Assembly (NCBI GenBank): GCA_964393485.1
Contig: CAYMTW010000002.1
Span: 9,140 to 73,139 of the forward strand
Source of the DNA: an uncultured Melioribacter sp.
GTDB taxonomy: Bacteria > Bacteroidota > Ignavibacteria > Kapaibacteriales > Kapaibacteriaceae
DNA: 64,000 nt
Reading direction: 5' to 3'
Within the stretch, counting starts at the first letter, position 1; the number at the start of each line of letters is the position of its first letter. This document shows positions 10,196 to 19,327 of the stretch, piece after piece. A program made the translations under genes and the position numbers. The notes below the pieces were generated by a model. It saw only the letters and a list, made by a program, of their open reading frames with translations, ran no database searches and was not told where the DNA came from.

Positions 10196-11613
10196 CGCTG
10201 GATCTCCTGATCGTACCAGAGTTCGATCATGTCATCGATCTCCAGTGTGAGCGTCTGTCCATTCTTGATTCGAATGCGGTCGGCCGCATCGGCTGCAGGG
10301 TGTTCATGAACGAGCTCGACGTGGCCCTGCGTTACGAGAAGTGTTAGGACTCGATCAGATGCATCCGAACGGATGCCACTGATGGTACTACCGCTGGCGT
10401 CACCGACAAGTCTGACAACCGTTCCACCGGCAATGGTCAGTAGCGTGGCCTCCCCAGGGGGAAGCTGCATGTTGGGTGTTGGATTGAGGGCCAGTCCGCT
10501 AAGACGCGTCATGCCGCTGGACATGAAGTGATGCGCAAAGGTCCGATTACGTGTGATCACATCGCGAAATGTCGATGTCTGAAATGGTATCGGTAGCAGA
10601 GGACGAACGCCTCCCAGGATCACATCGCCACCCGCACACAATAGGGCGATCTGACCTGTGTCGGTGAGGAACCCGCCACCAATTGCCACCGTCACTCCAG
10701 AAGATGCAGCACTGGCAGTCCCGTAGACGCCGAGCGTAGTTCCGGCGTTTGCCGTCGCGGTGTTCTCGCCACGTCCGAACACACCTACCGAGAATGTTTG
10801 CGTACCTCCGATTCCACCACGCTGCACAGAGCCAAGCACTCCGGTGATCGTGTCAGCCGCGATGCCAGAGTTTGTAGCGGCGTGACCCCGTACGCCGATG
10901 CGCTCTGCAATTGGCAGCGTTTCATAGGTCGATGACTGCGAAACTCCGAGCATGCCCATGCCACCGGTATTGGCCCTGGCGATAACACCAACGTGTTGTG
11001 CGCCCGAGGCCACAACCTCGATCCCGCGCCGTGGCGGAGTGGTTCCTCCAATATCGAGCGCAACGCCGCTGCCGGAGGTGAGAGCGTTGTAGCGAATTCC
11101 CGTTCCTCCCGTGATGTCGATGCCTGTGCCTAAGCTTGGCCGGCCGGACCCTGCTGGTCCGCCGAGGCGCACTCCTGTTCCCAATCCGTTTGATTGACTA
11201 GACAGGACGATCCCGGCATCGTTGATTCCGGAGGCTCCGATGTCGCGTACGAGCAACCCCGTGCTCGCTGTCGTTGCGTCGAGTGAGATCGTCAGCCCCC
11301 TGCCGCCCTGCCCAGCGATCGATCCAATGCGCATCAGCTCCAGCGGAGCTGCGCCGATACCCAGACCAATGGTGACCGGACCGAGGAGCCAGGTATTCCC
11401 GGACTGACCGATCTCGAGTGCACGCGTCTGTGACGCCCCCGTTACGATGCGCAGCGGGAGTGCATTTGACGAGCGATTGGAGATAACCAGCGGCAATGGT
11501 GAGGCATTGTCGATGCGACTGGTGGTAAGCATCTGTGCGTTGATGTGCGGAGCAAACACAGCAAGCCAGGGTGCCAGCCACAACAGGACGGCATGAGGGA
11601 GACGATGAAGCAT
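10174..11613 (-). CDS. Secreted glycine/threonine-rich beta-helix-like repeat protein, cluster member 3 of 4
   Basis: A 479-aa ORF with a clear signal peptide (MLHRLPHAVLLWLAPWLAVFAPHINAQ). The body is long degenerate G/S/T/A-rich repeats (GxGxxxGxxG... IGASGINDAGIVL, GTGIDITGGTGIRYNAL). It has a C-terminal tail related to the neighbouring genes. Confidence 0.55.
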   Translation of the reverse strand: MLHRLPHAVLLWLAPWLAVFAPHINAQMLTTSRIDNASPLPLVISNRSSNALPLRIVTGASQTRALEIGQSGNTWLLGPVTIGLGIGAAPLELMRIGSIAGQGGRGLTISLDATTASTGLLVRDIGASGINDAGIVLSSQSNGLGTGVRLGGPAGSGRPSLGTGIDITGGTGIRYNALTSGSGVALDIGGTTPPRRGIEVVASGAQHVGVIARANTGGMGMLGVSQSSTYETLPIAERIGVRGHAATNSGIAADTITGVLGSVQRGGIGGTQTFSVGVFGRGENTATANAGTTLGVYGTASAASSGVTVAIGGGFLTDTGQIALLCAGGDVILGGVRPLLPIPFQTSTFRDVITRNRTFAHHFMSSGMTRLSGLALNPTPNMQLPPGEATLLTIAGGTVVRLVGDASGSTISGIRSDASDRVLTLLVTQGHVELVHEHPAADAADRIRIKNGQTLTLEIDDMIELWYDQEIQRWRCYSF

Positions 11614-11629
11614 GGTTGTATCAGGGGGC

Positions 11630-12529
11630 TTACATCGGTGGGAGGATCATCCACGCAATGCGATCGGTTGCCGCAAGGGGTGTCGACGTCTCGACGGTGA
11701 AGGTATCGGCTGCAGCGTCCACCGTCGTCACGGATAGTGAGATCGTCGTACCAGCTGCGTTGATCATTGTGACGATCGGAATCGCACCGGTGGGAATGTC
11801 TGCTCCAGCGGTGATCGTGTGTATGTGGTTGCCAGGCGTTGGGATAAAGAGTCCACGTGCAACTTCGGCGATCGCACTGCGCCAGCTCATCACTCCAGTA
11901 GTCGTTGATGACAGTACCATGCCTGCCGCAGCGGGGGCCTGCTCGGGAAGCGTGTAGGTAACATCCCCTGCCTGCGTGGACGCTCGAAAGGCCGTGTAGT
12001 TTGTTCCGGATGCACTTGGTTCAGCAAATCGAAGCTCAGTGGCTGCTCCTGTGTTTGACAGAAGGATCGTACGGGCAAGATCGATCGGAGCTTTGGGTGC
12101 TGAGGTGCCGAATCCGATCCAGCCCTGGCTGGGGCCAGCCACCCCGACTACGCGTATTGCCTCAGTGGCGTTGGCAGCGATGACAAGGTCCTGAGCGTTT
12201 CTTGTGCCCAGATATTGCTGTCCTGGCGCGATACCTCCGGAACGTACATCCGATCCGGACAAACTCCAGAAGTCGGTGGTACTCCAGCCAAGTGCAGCCG
12301 TGCTGCCGGTCACCGACTGGATTGTCATAACCTGTCCCGACTCGCCGATCGTGGTGGGCAACATGAGTGAATAAGACGTCACTCCGGTGGAGGGAATCGT
12401 TAGTCCGATGGTCGAAGGCTGAGCGTTGCGCAGTTGTAGCGTTCCGGTCGTGAGACTTTGTGCCTGCAGGTGAAGTGAAAGTGCCTCCAGTGTCATGATG
12501 GACAAAAGGAGGTGAATCAATGGGCGCAT
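11630..12529 (-). CDS. Secreted repeat protein, cluster member 2 of 4. Start placed at the internal ATG that begins the signal peptide; the leftmost alternative start is 12586.
   Basis: Signal peptide MRPLIHLLLSIMTLEALSLHLQAQ followed by S/T/G-rich beta-strand-like repeats. The C-terminal tail ...TDRIAWMILPPM parallels ...DERIEWSITP of the upstream gene. Confidence 0.5.
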   Translation of the reverse strand: MRPLIHLLLSIMTLEALSLHLQAQSLTTGTLQLRNAQPSTIGLTIPSTGVTSYSLMLPTTIGESGQVMTIQSVTGSTAALGWSTTDFWSLSGSDVRSGGIAPGQQYLGTRNAQDLVIAANATEAIRVVGVAGPSQGWIGFGTSAPKAPIDLARTILLSNTGAATELRFAEPSASGTNYTAFRASTQAGDVTYTLPEQAPAAAGMVLSSTTTGVMSWRSAIAEVARGLFIPTPGNHIHTITAGADIPTGAIPIVTMINAAGTTISLSVTTVDAAADTFTVETSTPLAATDRIAWMILPPM

Positions 12530-12567
12530 AGAAACCTCGACGTATAGGTGAATGAAATGAAGGGTTA

Positions 12568-13314
12568 TCAGGGAGTAATGGACCATTCGATACGCTCATC
12601 CGGCAACAGCGGCGCTGATACTGTGAAGATGAGCTCGTTACTACCGGTATCTATATCAAGCTGCACCGCAAGCGTCGTTGTGGGCGAGACACTGCGAAAG
12701 GTTACGCGCGCAGTGGTCGTCAGTACCGTCGATGGTCGAACCCGGTAGGTGGCCGCGAGCCCATCTCCGGCTATACTGCCGCGCTCGGGGGCAAGCGGAG
12801 CCGCCGAAATCGTAAGCGTCGTGCCATCACGCTGCACACGGATGCCGTTGGAACCACGCAGTGACACGGGCCCCGAGAGCTCATTGAGCGACGTCACCAA
12901 CCCGGTCGCTCTCGGGTCAAGCCGTGCGGCGACATCTGCATAACCGGCATGTAGTGCTGATGTCAGAGGTATGATCTCTTGGCGCGGCTTGCGCTCGCTC
13001 TCGCTTTCCAGCGTCAGGCCGATGAAGGCCCGGACCCCTCGCAGCATCGTGTCGGCAAGTGCTACGGTGCGACCAAGCACGATCTCACTGCGTCCAGCAA
13101 TAATCTCGGCAACAACCGATTCCTCCCAAAGAGGAGCGGTAGTGAAGGGATCATCGTACCAGCGAACGACGAGTCGATGCAGACCGTCATCTGGTACGGG
13201 GCTGCCAAACACTGCCGTCACAGTCACCTGCAGTGGCGCTTGAGCTCGGCATGTCAGATGTGCAAGACACACGCTGACAAGAAGGATCATCTGTTGTATC
13301 GAAGACGTTGTCAT
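12568..13314 (-). CDS. Secreted protein, cluster member 1 of 4 (first gene)
   Basis: A 248-aa ORF with a signal peptide (MILLVSVCLAHLTCRAQA) and a C-terminal ...LPDERIEWSITP tail shared with cluster member 2. Confidence 0.5.
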   Translation of the reverse strand: MTTSSIQQMILLVSVCLAHLTCRAQAPLQVTVTAVFGSPVPDDGLHRLVVRWYDDPFTTAPLWEESVVAEIIAGRSEIVLGRTVALADTMLRGVRAFIGLTLESESERKPRQEIIPLTSALHAGYADVAARLDPRATGLVTSLNELSGPVSLRGSNGIRVQRDGTTLTISAAPLAPERGSIAGDGLAATYRVRPSTVLTTTARVTFRSVSPTTTLAVQLDIDTGSNELIFTVSAPLLPDERIEWSITP

Positions 13315-13332
13315 ACGTCCTCGAGCAGATTT

Positions 13333-13677
13333 TCAGGAAAAACGTGACGCGCTTCGAGAAAAAAAGTTGACGAGCACCATGGACAGGGCTGTGATCACAA
13401 GTCCACCGACCTCACGTTCAATCTCGCCATCCCACCAATGACCGCTTGTCTGAAGGGACAGCATAAAAGCCCATAGACCGTATCCAAATGAGAGGAGCAA
13501 TGAAAGGCTGCGGATGATCCTGGTCACTGAGCGAATCATGCTACCAAGGCAAACAAACGCGGCCAGGCCATAGGCCATAATCCAGATGCCAGCATCGACG
13601 TCGTTGAACTGCACTGAAACGAACAGGCAGAATATCACGGCCAGACAGACACTGATGACATTGGAGATTCGATTCAT
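13333..13677 (-). CDS. Small integral membrane protein (3-4 predicted TM helices)
   Basis: A 114-aa ORF of hydrophobic helices (VISVCLAVIFCLFVSV, IWIMAYGLAAFVCLGSMI, LVITALSMVLVNFF). ATGA overlap with the gene upstream of it. Confidence 0.4.
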   Translation of the reverse strand: MNRISNVISVCLAVIFCLFVSVQFNDVDAGIWIMAYGLAAFVCLGSMIRSVTRIIRSLSLLLSFGYGLWAFMLSLQTSGHWWDGEIEREVGGLVITALSMVLVNFFSRSASRFS

Positions 13678-13985
13678 TTGAAGGCAACTAGAATGATCAA
13701 TGAAACAGCACCGGCAAGGGCCAGTATGTCATGCCTCCTCGATGCGCGTGGGCGCGTCAGCGGCAGTAGCACCAGTACAGAAGCCAAGGGGATATGGAGT
13801 AGCGCAGGAGTTTGCTCGATGTTCCATAGGAAGGCCAGACACGTGCATCCGAACAGCACATGATGCCAGCGTCCGAAAGAGCGCTGACGATATCGGGCAA
13901 CAAGGCCAAGGAGCATCGCTGCACCATACAGCACGATAAGGGTCAGAAGTGATTCATGCACCGCCGGCATCTCAGAGAAGCCCAC
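13674..13985 (-). CDS. Small integral membrane protein (about 3 TM helices)
   Basis: A 103-aa ORF (LLTLIVLYGAAMLLGLVA, VLFGCTCLAFLW, LASVLVLLPL). It is same-strand as, and adjacent to, the secreted-protein cluster. Confidence 0.4.
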   Translation of the reverse strand: MGFSEMPAVHESLLTLIVLYGAAMLLGLVARYRQRSFGRWHHVLFGCTCLAFLWNIEQTPALLHIPLASVLVLLPLTRPRASRRHDILALAGAVSLIILVAFK

Positions 13986-14460
13986 GATCGAGGGAATCGC
14001 GATAGAATCGGCGGAACATGTTGACGTCCGACAGGATCATTGCCAACCGTCGGCTATTTGCCGAGTCAGCGGATGCACGTCCTTCTGTTCTGCGAGAGAG
14101 CATCAGGCGCGTGGCTGAGCTTCGCACCCATTGATACTCGCTGGCCGACATCGTAAAGCGATTCAGCATGCGCACGAGTTGAGCATCAATCTCACGCTGC
14201 GGAGCATTTCCCAACGCCATGGAGTCGAGTTGGCGAGATATCTCATGCAGCACCATGATCTGTGATGGACGCAACAGACCATCGGTCGGAGGTAGATAGT
14301 TTTCTTTGTTGACGATCTGTGATCGCAGGCCGGGATCCTTCTGACGGATGATCCCGAGGCTCATCTGGGCTTCAAAGAGGAGCCCCCTGACAAAGAGAAA
14401 CAGGTACGTGCCACCTGCAACGACCAAGACCGCGACGGTGATATGGAACAGTCTTCGCAT
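13972..14460 (-). CDS. Membrane-anchored hypothetical protein
   Basis: A 162-aa ORF with a single N-terminal TM helix (HITVAVLVVAGGTYLFLFV) followed by a soluble domain. I recognise no family. Confidence 0.35.
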   Translation of the reverse strand: MRRLFHITVAVLVVAGGTYLFLFVRGLLFEAQMSLGIIRQKDPGLRSQIVNKENYLPPTDGLLRPSQIMVLHEISRQLDSMALGNAPQREIDAQLVRMLNRFTMSASEYQWVRSSATRLMLSRRTEGRASADSANSRRLAMILSDVNMFRRFYRDSLDRGLL

Positions 14461-14473
14461 ATCTGAGGACCGT

Positions 14474-15469
14474 TCAGGACTCTACCGCAGAGGACTCTTC
14501 AAACAGGGCTTCAACAAATGCCACACTGTCGAAGGTCTGAAGGTCATCGATCCGCTCACCGACGCCAATGTAGCGCACTGGGATGCTCATATTATCGGCG
14601 ATGGCGATCACTGCCCCGCCCTTGGCCGTACCATCGAGCTTAGTTAAAACAATTCCCGTGATCGGTGCGACCTTGGTGAACTCCTTGGCCTGCTGCAGCG
14701 CGTTCTGGCCGGTAGTGGCATCAAGCGCAAGGAAGATGTCATGGGGCGCGTTGGGATGGATCTTCTTCATGACCCGACCGATCTTCTCGAGTTCCTGCAT
14801 CAGTCCCTGCTTGTTATGCAAGCGTCCCGCCGTGTCAATGATCACAACATCCGTCGAGCGTGCCTTGGCTGCTGTGAGCGTATCATACGCCACGGCTGCT
14901 GGGTCTGCCCCATGTTGTTGTTGCACGATATCCACTCCGGCTCGTTGGGCCCAGACTTCAAGCTGTTCGTTGGCAGCTGCCCGGAAGGTATCAGCCGCTC
15001 CAATGAGCACAGACTTACCGGCACGCTTATAGTTATGAGCCAGCTTGCCGATGGTTGTTGTCTTACCCACGCCGTTGACGCCGATCAGCATGATGACATG
15101 GGGCTTATCAGTCTCGTCAATGGAAAACGTAGCATCAGCGGCCGCTGTCGGTGACTCCAGTAGGAGCGACGCGATTTCGTCTTTCAGCAGCTCTACGATG
15201 GCGTCAGAGTTCGTGACGTTGTCGTTGCGTACGCGCTGCTTGAGGCGTGCAATGATCTTCTCGCTGGTAGCCACGCCAATATCTGCTGTGATGAGGATCT
15301 CTTCGATCTCGCCCAGGAGAGCATCATCTATCGTACGGCCGCTTAGGAGCGCGCGGAGCTTGCCCACAAAGGACGACCGTGTCTTGGAAAGTCCTTCCTT
15401 TAGTCGATCGAAGGAAAGAGCGTCGGCGACCCCGGTGAGTCGTTGCTTGATCTTATCGAAGAATCCCAT
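14474..15469 (-). CDS. ftsY: Signal recognition particle receptor FtsY. Start set at the internal MGFFDKIKQ; the ORF track extends to 15535.
   Basis: Canonical FtsY N-terminus MGFFDKIKQRLTG and the SRP-GTPase G1 motif LIGVNGVGKTTTIGKLA. The NG domain and DTAGR motif are present. Confidence 0.85.
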   Translation of the reverse strand: MGFFDKIKQRLTGVADALSFDRLKEGLSKTRSSFVGKLRALLSGRTIDDALLGEIEEILITADIGVATSEKIIARLKQRVRNDNVTNSDAIVELLKDEIASLLLESPTAAADATFSIDETDKPHVIMLIGVNGVGKTTTIGKLAHNYKRAGKSVLIGAADTFRAAANEQLEVWAQRAGVDIVQQQHGADPAAVAYDTLTAAKARSTDVVIIDTAGRLHNKQGLMQELEKIGRVMKKIHPNAPHDIFLALDATTGQNALQQAKEFTKVAPITGIVLTKLDGTAKGGAVIAIADNMSIPVRYIGVGERIDDLQTFDSVAFVEALFEESSAVES

Positions 15470-15989
15470 ACATCCTTTTGCCGTATTGCCACAAAGATAC
15501 CGCCATGGCAGCTGTGGATAGAGCCATGAGAGCACTAACCGCCGGGTGGGTCGAGGTGATGAGCAATGAGAGAATACCGCTAAGGGCTATACTGGTCACG
15601 GCAATCTTTCCGCTCATCAGTGACGGAAGCACAAGCTTATGCCGGAGCTTGAGCCACCATCCGAAACCAAGGATGATGACATCCCGGGCGATGATCACCG
15701 AGGCGAACCAGCCAGGTATGATCTGCTTGTAGAGCATGACCAGCATCACAGCACCGACAAGAATCTTGTCGGCAATAGGATCGATGATCATCCCCCACTC
15801 ACTGACGGTTCCCGTGCGTCGTGCAACAAACCCATCGAGCCAGTCGGTGATCGCTGCGGCGATACACCACCTGAACGCCGTTACGTTTTCTCCAGCAAGC
15901 AGCAGATAAACGATCGGGATCGTCATCACACCGCGCAGAGCGGAGATCAGATTCGATGCCGTAAAAATGGTCTTCAGTGGTGTCTTCAT
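15453..15989 (-). CDS. pgsA: CDP-diacylglycerol--glycerol-3-phosphate 3-phosphatidyltransferase (CDP-alcohol phosphatidyltransferase family)
   Basis: The start is at the internal MKTPLKTIF. The CDP-OH phosphotransferase signature DxxDGxxAR...G...D.xxD is present (DWLDGFVARRTGTVSEWGMIIDPIADK). The ORF track's 283-aa N-terminal extension would overlap the symporter gene and is rejected. Confidence 0.75.
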   Translation of the reverse strand: MKTPLKTIFTASNLISALRGVMTIPIVYLLLAGENVTAFRWCIAAAITDWLDGFVARRTGTVSEWGMIIDPIADKILVGAVMLVMLYKQIIPGWFASVIIARDVIILGFGWWLKLRHKLVLPSLMSGKIAVTSIALSGILSLLITSTHPAVSALMALSTAAMAVSLWQYGKRMYGILR

Positions 15990-17323
15990 GATCGGTATGT
16001 ACCCTTGAGCCAGAGAGCGCTGTGCAACATTAGCGATGTTCCGATTCCGACGAGTGCTGGTTGCGCTGTTTGCGAGATCAATGCCCAGGTAGCGACGGTC
16101 GCCGGGACGAGGATTGCAATGAGAATCGTTGACGTGAAGTGGGGCGCATGGCGCGTATGGCTCAGTACTGTGGGCACGAGCAGTGCGCTGACAACGATCG
16201 ATGCAGCTCCGAAGATCAGATCGATGATGCTTGGTACCGCTATGGCGATCAGAGCTCCGAGTATAATCGTCAGAGCAAGTCCTAATCGGTAGCGTCCGCC
16301 CCATGCGGTGATCTCGGGACGCAATGCCGGTAGAACATCATCAGCAAGGGTCGTTGCACTAGCAAGGGCATAACCGTTGAGCGTTGACGATACAGCTGCA
16401 ATGATCCCAGCCAGTACAAGCCCCCTGCCCCATGGGGGCAGGATGATCTGAGAGAGTGCGAGATAGGATGTTGAAATGTCGGATGAAGCCACGTGCTGCG
16501 CGGCAGCAAGACCGCAGAGGAGTTGCAGGACGTCGAACACCACCCAGCAGGCTACACTCCAGAGAATGGCCCTGCGGGCTATGGATTCGTTTCTGGCCGA
16601 GGCCGTGCGCACATAGATCGTTGGATCGATAAACGTCTGCATGGCAATGATCCACCAGCTGGCAATTCCGGCCCAACCGAGAGTTCCGGGAACGTTCAGC
16701 AGTTCAGTACGGAGAAGTGAACCATCAGTGTGGGACTGTCCTGGATAGGTCATGGCGGCAACGGTCAGCACCAGCATCCCTCCGTACATGAGGACGACTT
16801 GAATGACATTCGCATAGGCATCGCTGCGCAACCCTCCGACGGCCACATAGGCAACCGAGATAACCGTACCGACAAGGATGGCAGAGGTAAGGGGCATGCC
16901 CGTCAGATGAACGAGAACGTAGCCGAGCATGAGCTGATAGGATGCCGGGACCGTGATCACAAGGAGCAGAGCTGCTGCCAGGCGACGCGCTGCAGGACCA
17001 TGAACGTGGCCGAGTTGTTCCGGGATGGAGGCCGCCATGCCTGAGCGAATCCGTCGTGAAAGCCAACCAGCATAGGCAACGGCCACGAGGTAATATGGCA
17101 CGCCAAAACACAGGATGAAGACAACACCATAGCGCATCACAAACTCACCGGAGGCGAGCACGGCCCCATACCACGTCGCTACGAGCGTGGCTACCAGCAA
17201 TGGAAGACTCATCGAACGTTCTGCTAGCAGGAAGTCAGACCGCCCCTTGCGGCTGCCAACGGCACCGGCGATGTGGACGGCCACGAGACTGCCGATCACA
17301 ATCATGATTTCGGTAACGTTCAT
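15986..17323 (-). CDS. Sodium:solute symporter family transporter
   Basis: A 445-aa polytopic membrane protein with about 12-13 TM helices. It has an SSF-like N-terminus (GRSDFLLAERSMSLPLLVATLVATWYGAVLASGEF). Confidence 0.65.
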   Translation of the reverse strand: MNVTEIMIVIGSLVAVHIAGAVGSRKGRSDFLLAERSMSLPLLVATLVATWYGAVLASGEFVMRYGVVFILCFGVPYYLVAVAYAGWLSRRIRSGMAASIPEQLGHVHGPAARRLAAALLLVITVPASYQLMLGYVLVHLTGMPLTSAILVGTVISVAYVAVGGLRSDAYANVIQVVLMYGGMLVLTVAAMTYPGQSHTDGSLLRTELLNVPGTLGWAGIASWWIIAMQTFIDPTIYVRTASARNESIARRAILWSVACWVVFDVLQLLCGLAAAQHVASSDISTSYLALSQIILPPWGRGLVLAGIIAAVSSTLNGYALASATTLADDVLPALRPEITAWGGRYRLGLALTIILGALIAIAVPSIIDLIFGAASIVVSALLVPTVLSHTRHAPHFTSTILIAILVPATVATWALISQTAQPALVGIGTSLMLHSALWLKGTYRS

Positions 17324-17970
17324 CAGCCGACCGCTCCGGAATCATCAGGGTCCGTCGTAATGATCCGATTGAGAAAACTCTGTCGATGCTCGGAGCACGG
17401 CCCATGCTTGCGCAGCGCATCGCGGTGATATTGCGTCCCATACCCTTTGTGTTGGGCAAAGCCGTAGGCAGGATGCCGTGGGTGCAGCTGATCTCGCAGC
17501 ACGGTATCGCGAGCGGTCTTTGCCAGAATCGAAGCTGCCGCGATGGAGAAACTGGTAGCGTCGCCCCCAATGACCGTTGTGTGGTCGATCGTGTGAGATT
17601 TGAAACGGTTGCCATCGATCACCAAATGGCATGAATCCTTTGCTCGGGCAAGTTTAGCGTAACAAAGGTCAACCGCCTCGTGCATTGCTTCGAAGGTTGC
17701 CTGTAGGATGTTGATCTCATCGATGATGGATGCCGGTCGCATGCCGATGGCCCATGCCAAGGCGCTTTGTCGAATCTCTTCAGCCAGGCGTTCACGGAGC
17801 TCCGGTCTTACTTTCTTGGAATCGTTGATTCCGTCTGGAATCTGATCGGGATGCAGAACCACGGCAGCTGCCACCACGGGGCCTGCCAGGGCCCCACGTC
17901 CGGCCTCATCTACACCGATGGTAACAAGCCCCCTGTCAAGGAGTGCATATTCTGCGTCGAATGAAATCAC
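17323..17970 (-). CDS. rnhB: Ribonuclease HII
   Basis: A 215-aa ORF. The GVDEAGRGALAGPVVAAAVVL catalytic motif is diagnostic of RNase HII. Confidence 0.85.
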   Translation of the reverse strand: MISFDAEYALLDRGLVTIGVDEAGRGALAGPVVAAAVVLHPDQIPDGINDSKKVRPELRERLAEEIRQSALAWAIGMRPASIIDEINILQATFEAMHEAVDLCYAKLARAKDSCHLVIDGNRFKSHTIDHTTVIGGDATSFSIAAASILAKTARDTVLRDQLHPRHPAYGFAQHKGYGTQYHRDALRKHGPCSEHRQSFLNRIITTDPDDSGAVG

Positions 17971-18000
17971 GGCGCAAAACTACATCCGACACCTGCAAGC

Positions 18001-18732
18001 CTACTGCTGGCCGATGAATCCGAGGAACTCGGCGCGCAGAACCTTATTGGATGCAAGCTCTCCGCGCATCACCGACGTAACCATGACGCTACTATCATGA
18101 GCTTCAACGCCGCGGGCGATCATGCAGTAATGACGTGAGGAGATCACCACACCCAGGGCGATAGGATCGAGGATCTCAGTGAGAAAGTCGGCGATCTGTT
18201 CGCCAAGTTCTTCCTGGATCTGCCCGCGTCGGGAGAACCATTCAACGATGCGGGTGAACTTTGACAAGCCAATGACCTTGTCACGTGGCACGTAGCCAAT
18301 GGCGCACGTTCCGTTGATCGGCTGCCAGTGATGCGAGCATACGCTCATGACCTTGATTCCCTTGGAGATAACCAGCTCATCCACATTCTGCCGGTTCGGG
18401 AACACCGTGATCTTCGGGGCTCCTGAGTATCTACCGGCAAAGAGCTCTGTAACCCACATCCGTGCCAGGCGGAACGGACTGTCGGTGCTGTTGGGGTCAT
18501 TCCGGTCAATGCGCAGTACGTCAAAGATCTCAGAGAATTTCTGTTCGAGTCGCGCGATCATCTCCGCGCGCTCCTCTTCTGAAAGAGGCATTGATCCATT
18601 GGCATCGAAAAGGGGCTTCCCTGTGCTGCTGACCGTCGGATACAGGCTGCCGGTTTTCAGAAGGTGATGTTCTAGTTCTGCATCGTCGAGGTCAAGCAGA
18701 GCCTGACGCTTGTTTCCGTTGGTGGCGTTCAT
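18001..18732 (-). CDS. folE: GTP cyclohydrolase I
   Basis: A 243-aa ORF with the FolE core (MSVCSHHWQPINGTCAIGYVP, SSRHYCMIARGV) and the zinc-binding Cys/His pattern. Confidence 0.85.
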   Translation of the reverse strand: MNATNGNKRQALLDLDDAELEHHLLKTGSLYPTVSSTGKPLFDANGSMPLSEEERAEMIARLEQKFSEIFDVLRIDRNDPNSTDSPFRLARMWVTELFAGRYSGAPKITVFPNRQNVDELVISKGIKVMSVCSHHWQPINGTCAIGYVPRDKVIGLSKFTRIVEWFSRRGQIQEELGEQIADFLTEILDPIALGVVISSRHYCMIARGVEAHDSSVMVTSVMRGELASNKVLRAEFLGFIGQQ

Positions 18733-19196
18733 TGGTGAACCTCCAGATGGGATGTCGCGGCGGCGAGGTCATATATCGGAATCGAGACCGGTGCGCCGAA
18801 ATATTCGGCCATGTTCTGTTCGGATTCGTACACCTTGATGCAATGAAGCTCTCCTGATGGCAGCCGTCCATCTAGCTGCTGCCAGAACAAAACGCATAGA
18901 TTTTCGACCGTTGGAATAAAGCCCCGGAGAAAATCGACGTCATAGTTGAGGTGCTTGTGATCTACCTTGTCGATGATCAGCTCATCGAGCAGATCCTTCA
19001 GACGCTTGAGATCGATCACATAACCCGTTAGTGGGTCGGGAAGCCCTTTGACCGTGACCTCCATGACATAGTTATGACCGTGACCCAGCGGGTTGTTACA
19101 CTTGTCAAATACCGCTTCGTTTCGTTCGTCCGAAAACGTCGGATTGTAGAGCCTATGGGCGGCTGAAAACGCGGCTTTGCGTGTGACATAGATCAT
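18729..19196 (-). CDS. queD: 6-carboxy-5,6,7,8-tetrahydropterin synthase / 6-pyruvoyl-tetrahydropterin synthase family
   Basis: A 155-aa ORF with the PTPS signature (AAHRLYNP, CNNPLGHGHNY). It overlaps folE by 4 nt, forming a pterin operon. Confidence 0.8.
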   Translation of the reverse strand: MIYVTRKAAFSAAHRLYNPTFSDERNEAVFDKCNNPLGHGHNYVMEVTVKGLPDPLTGYVIDLKRLKDLLDELIIDKVDHKHLNYDVDFLRGFIPTVENLCVLFWQQLDGRLPSGELHCIKVYESEQNMAEYFGAPVSIPIYDLAAATSHLEVHQ

Positions 19197-19327
19197 GTCG
19201 GACCTCGGAATTGTGCAGATGGAGGAACGTTGGACGGAGGAGAAAACCCTCTTGGGCGCGGAATGGTTCCGCTGATGTGATGGGCCACAGGCGCTCGAGG
19301 ACGACAGATGTTGGATATTTGCAGGGA

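Noticed and set aside
15990-16304. N-terminal 105-aa extension of the pgsA ORF (track ORF 15453..16304)
   Set aside because: The extension overlaps the 3' end of the symporter gene in another frame and is Arg/Ser-rich. The conserved CDP-alcohol phosphatidyltransferase begins at the internal MKTPLK.
19197-19327. Divergent intergenic region upstream of queD-folE checked for a preQ1 or THF riboswitch
   Set aside because: The reverse-complement sequence shows no match to the preQ1-I consensus hairpin with A-rich tail or to THF motifs that I can recognise by eye. This could only be settled with a covariance-model search (Infernal/Rfam).
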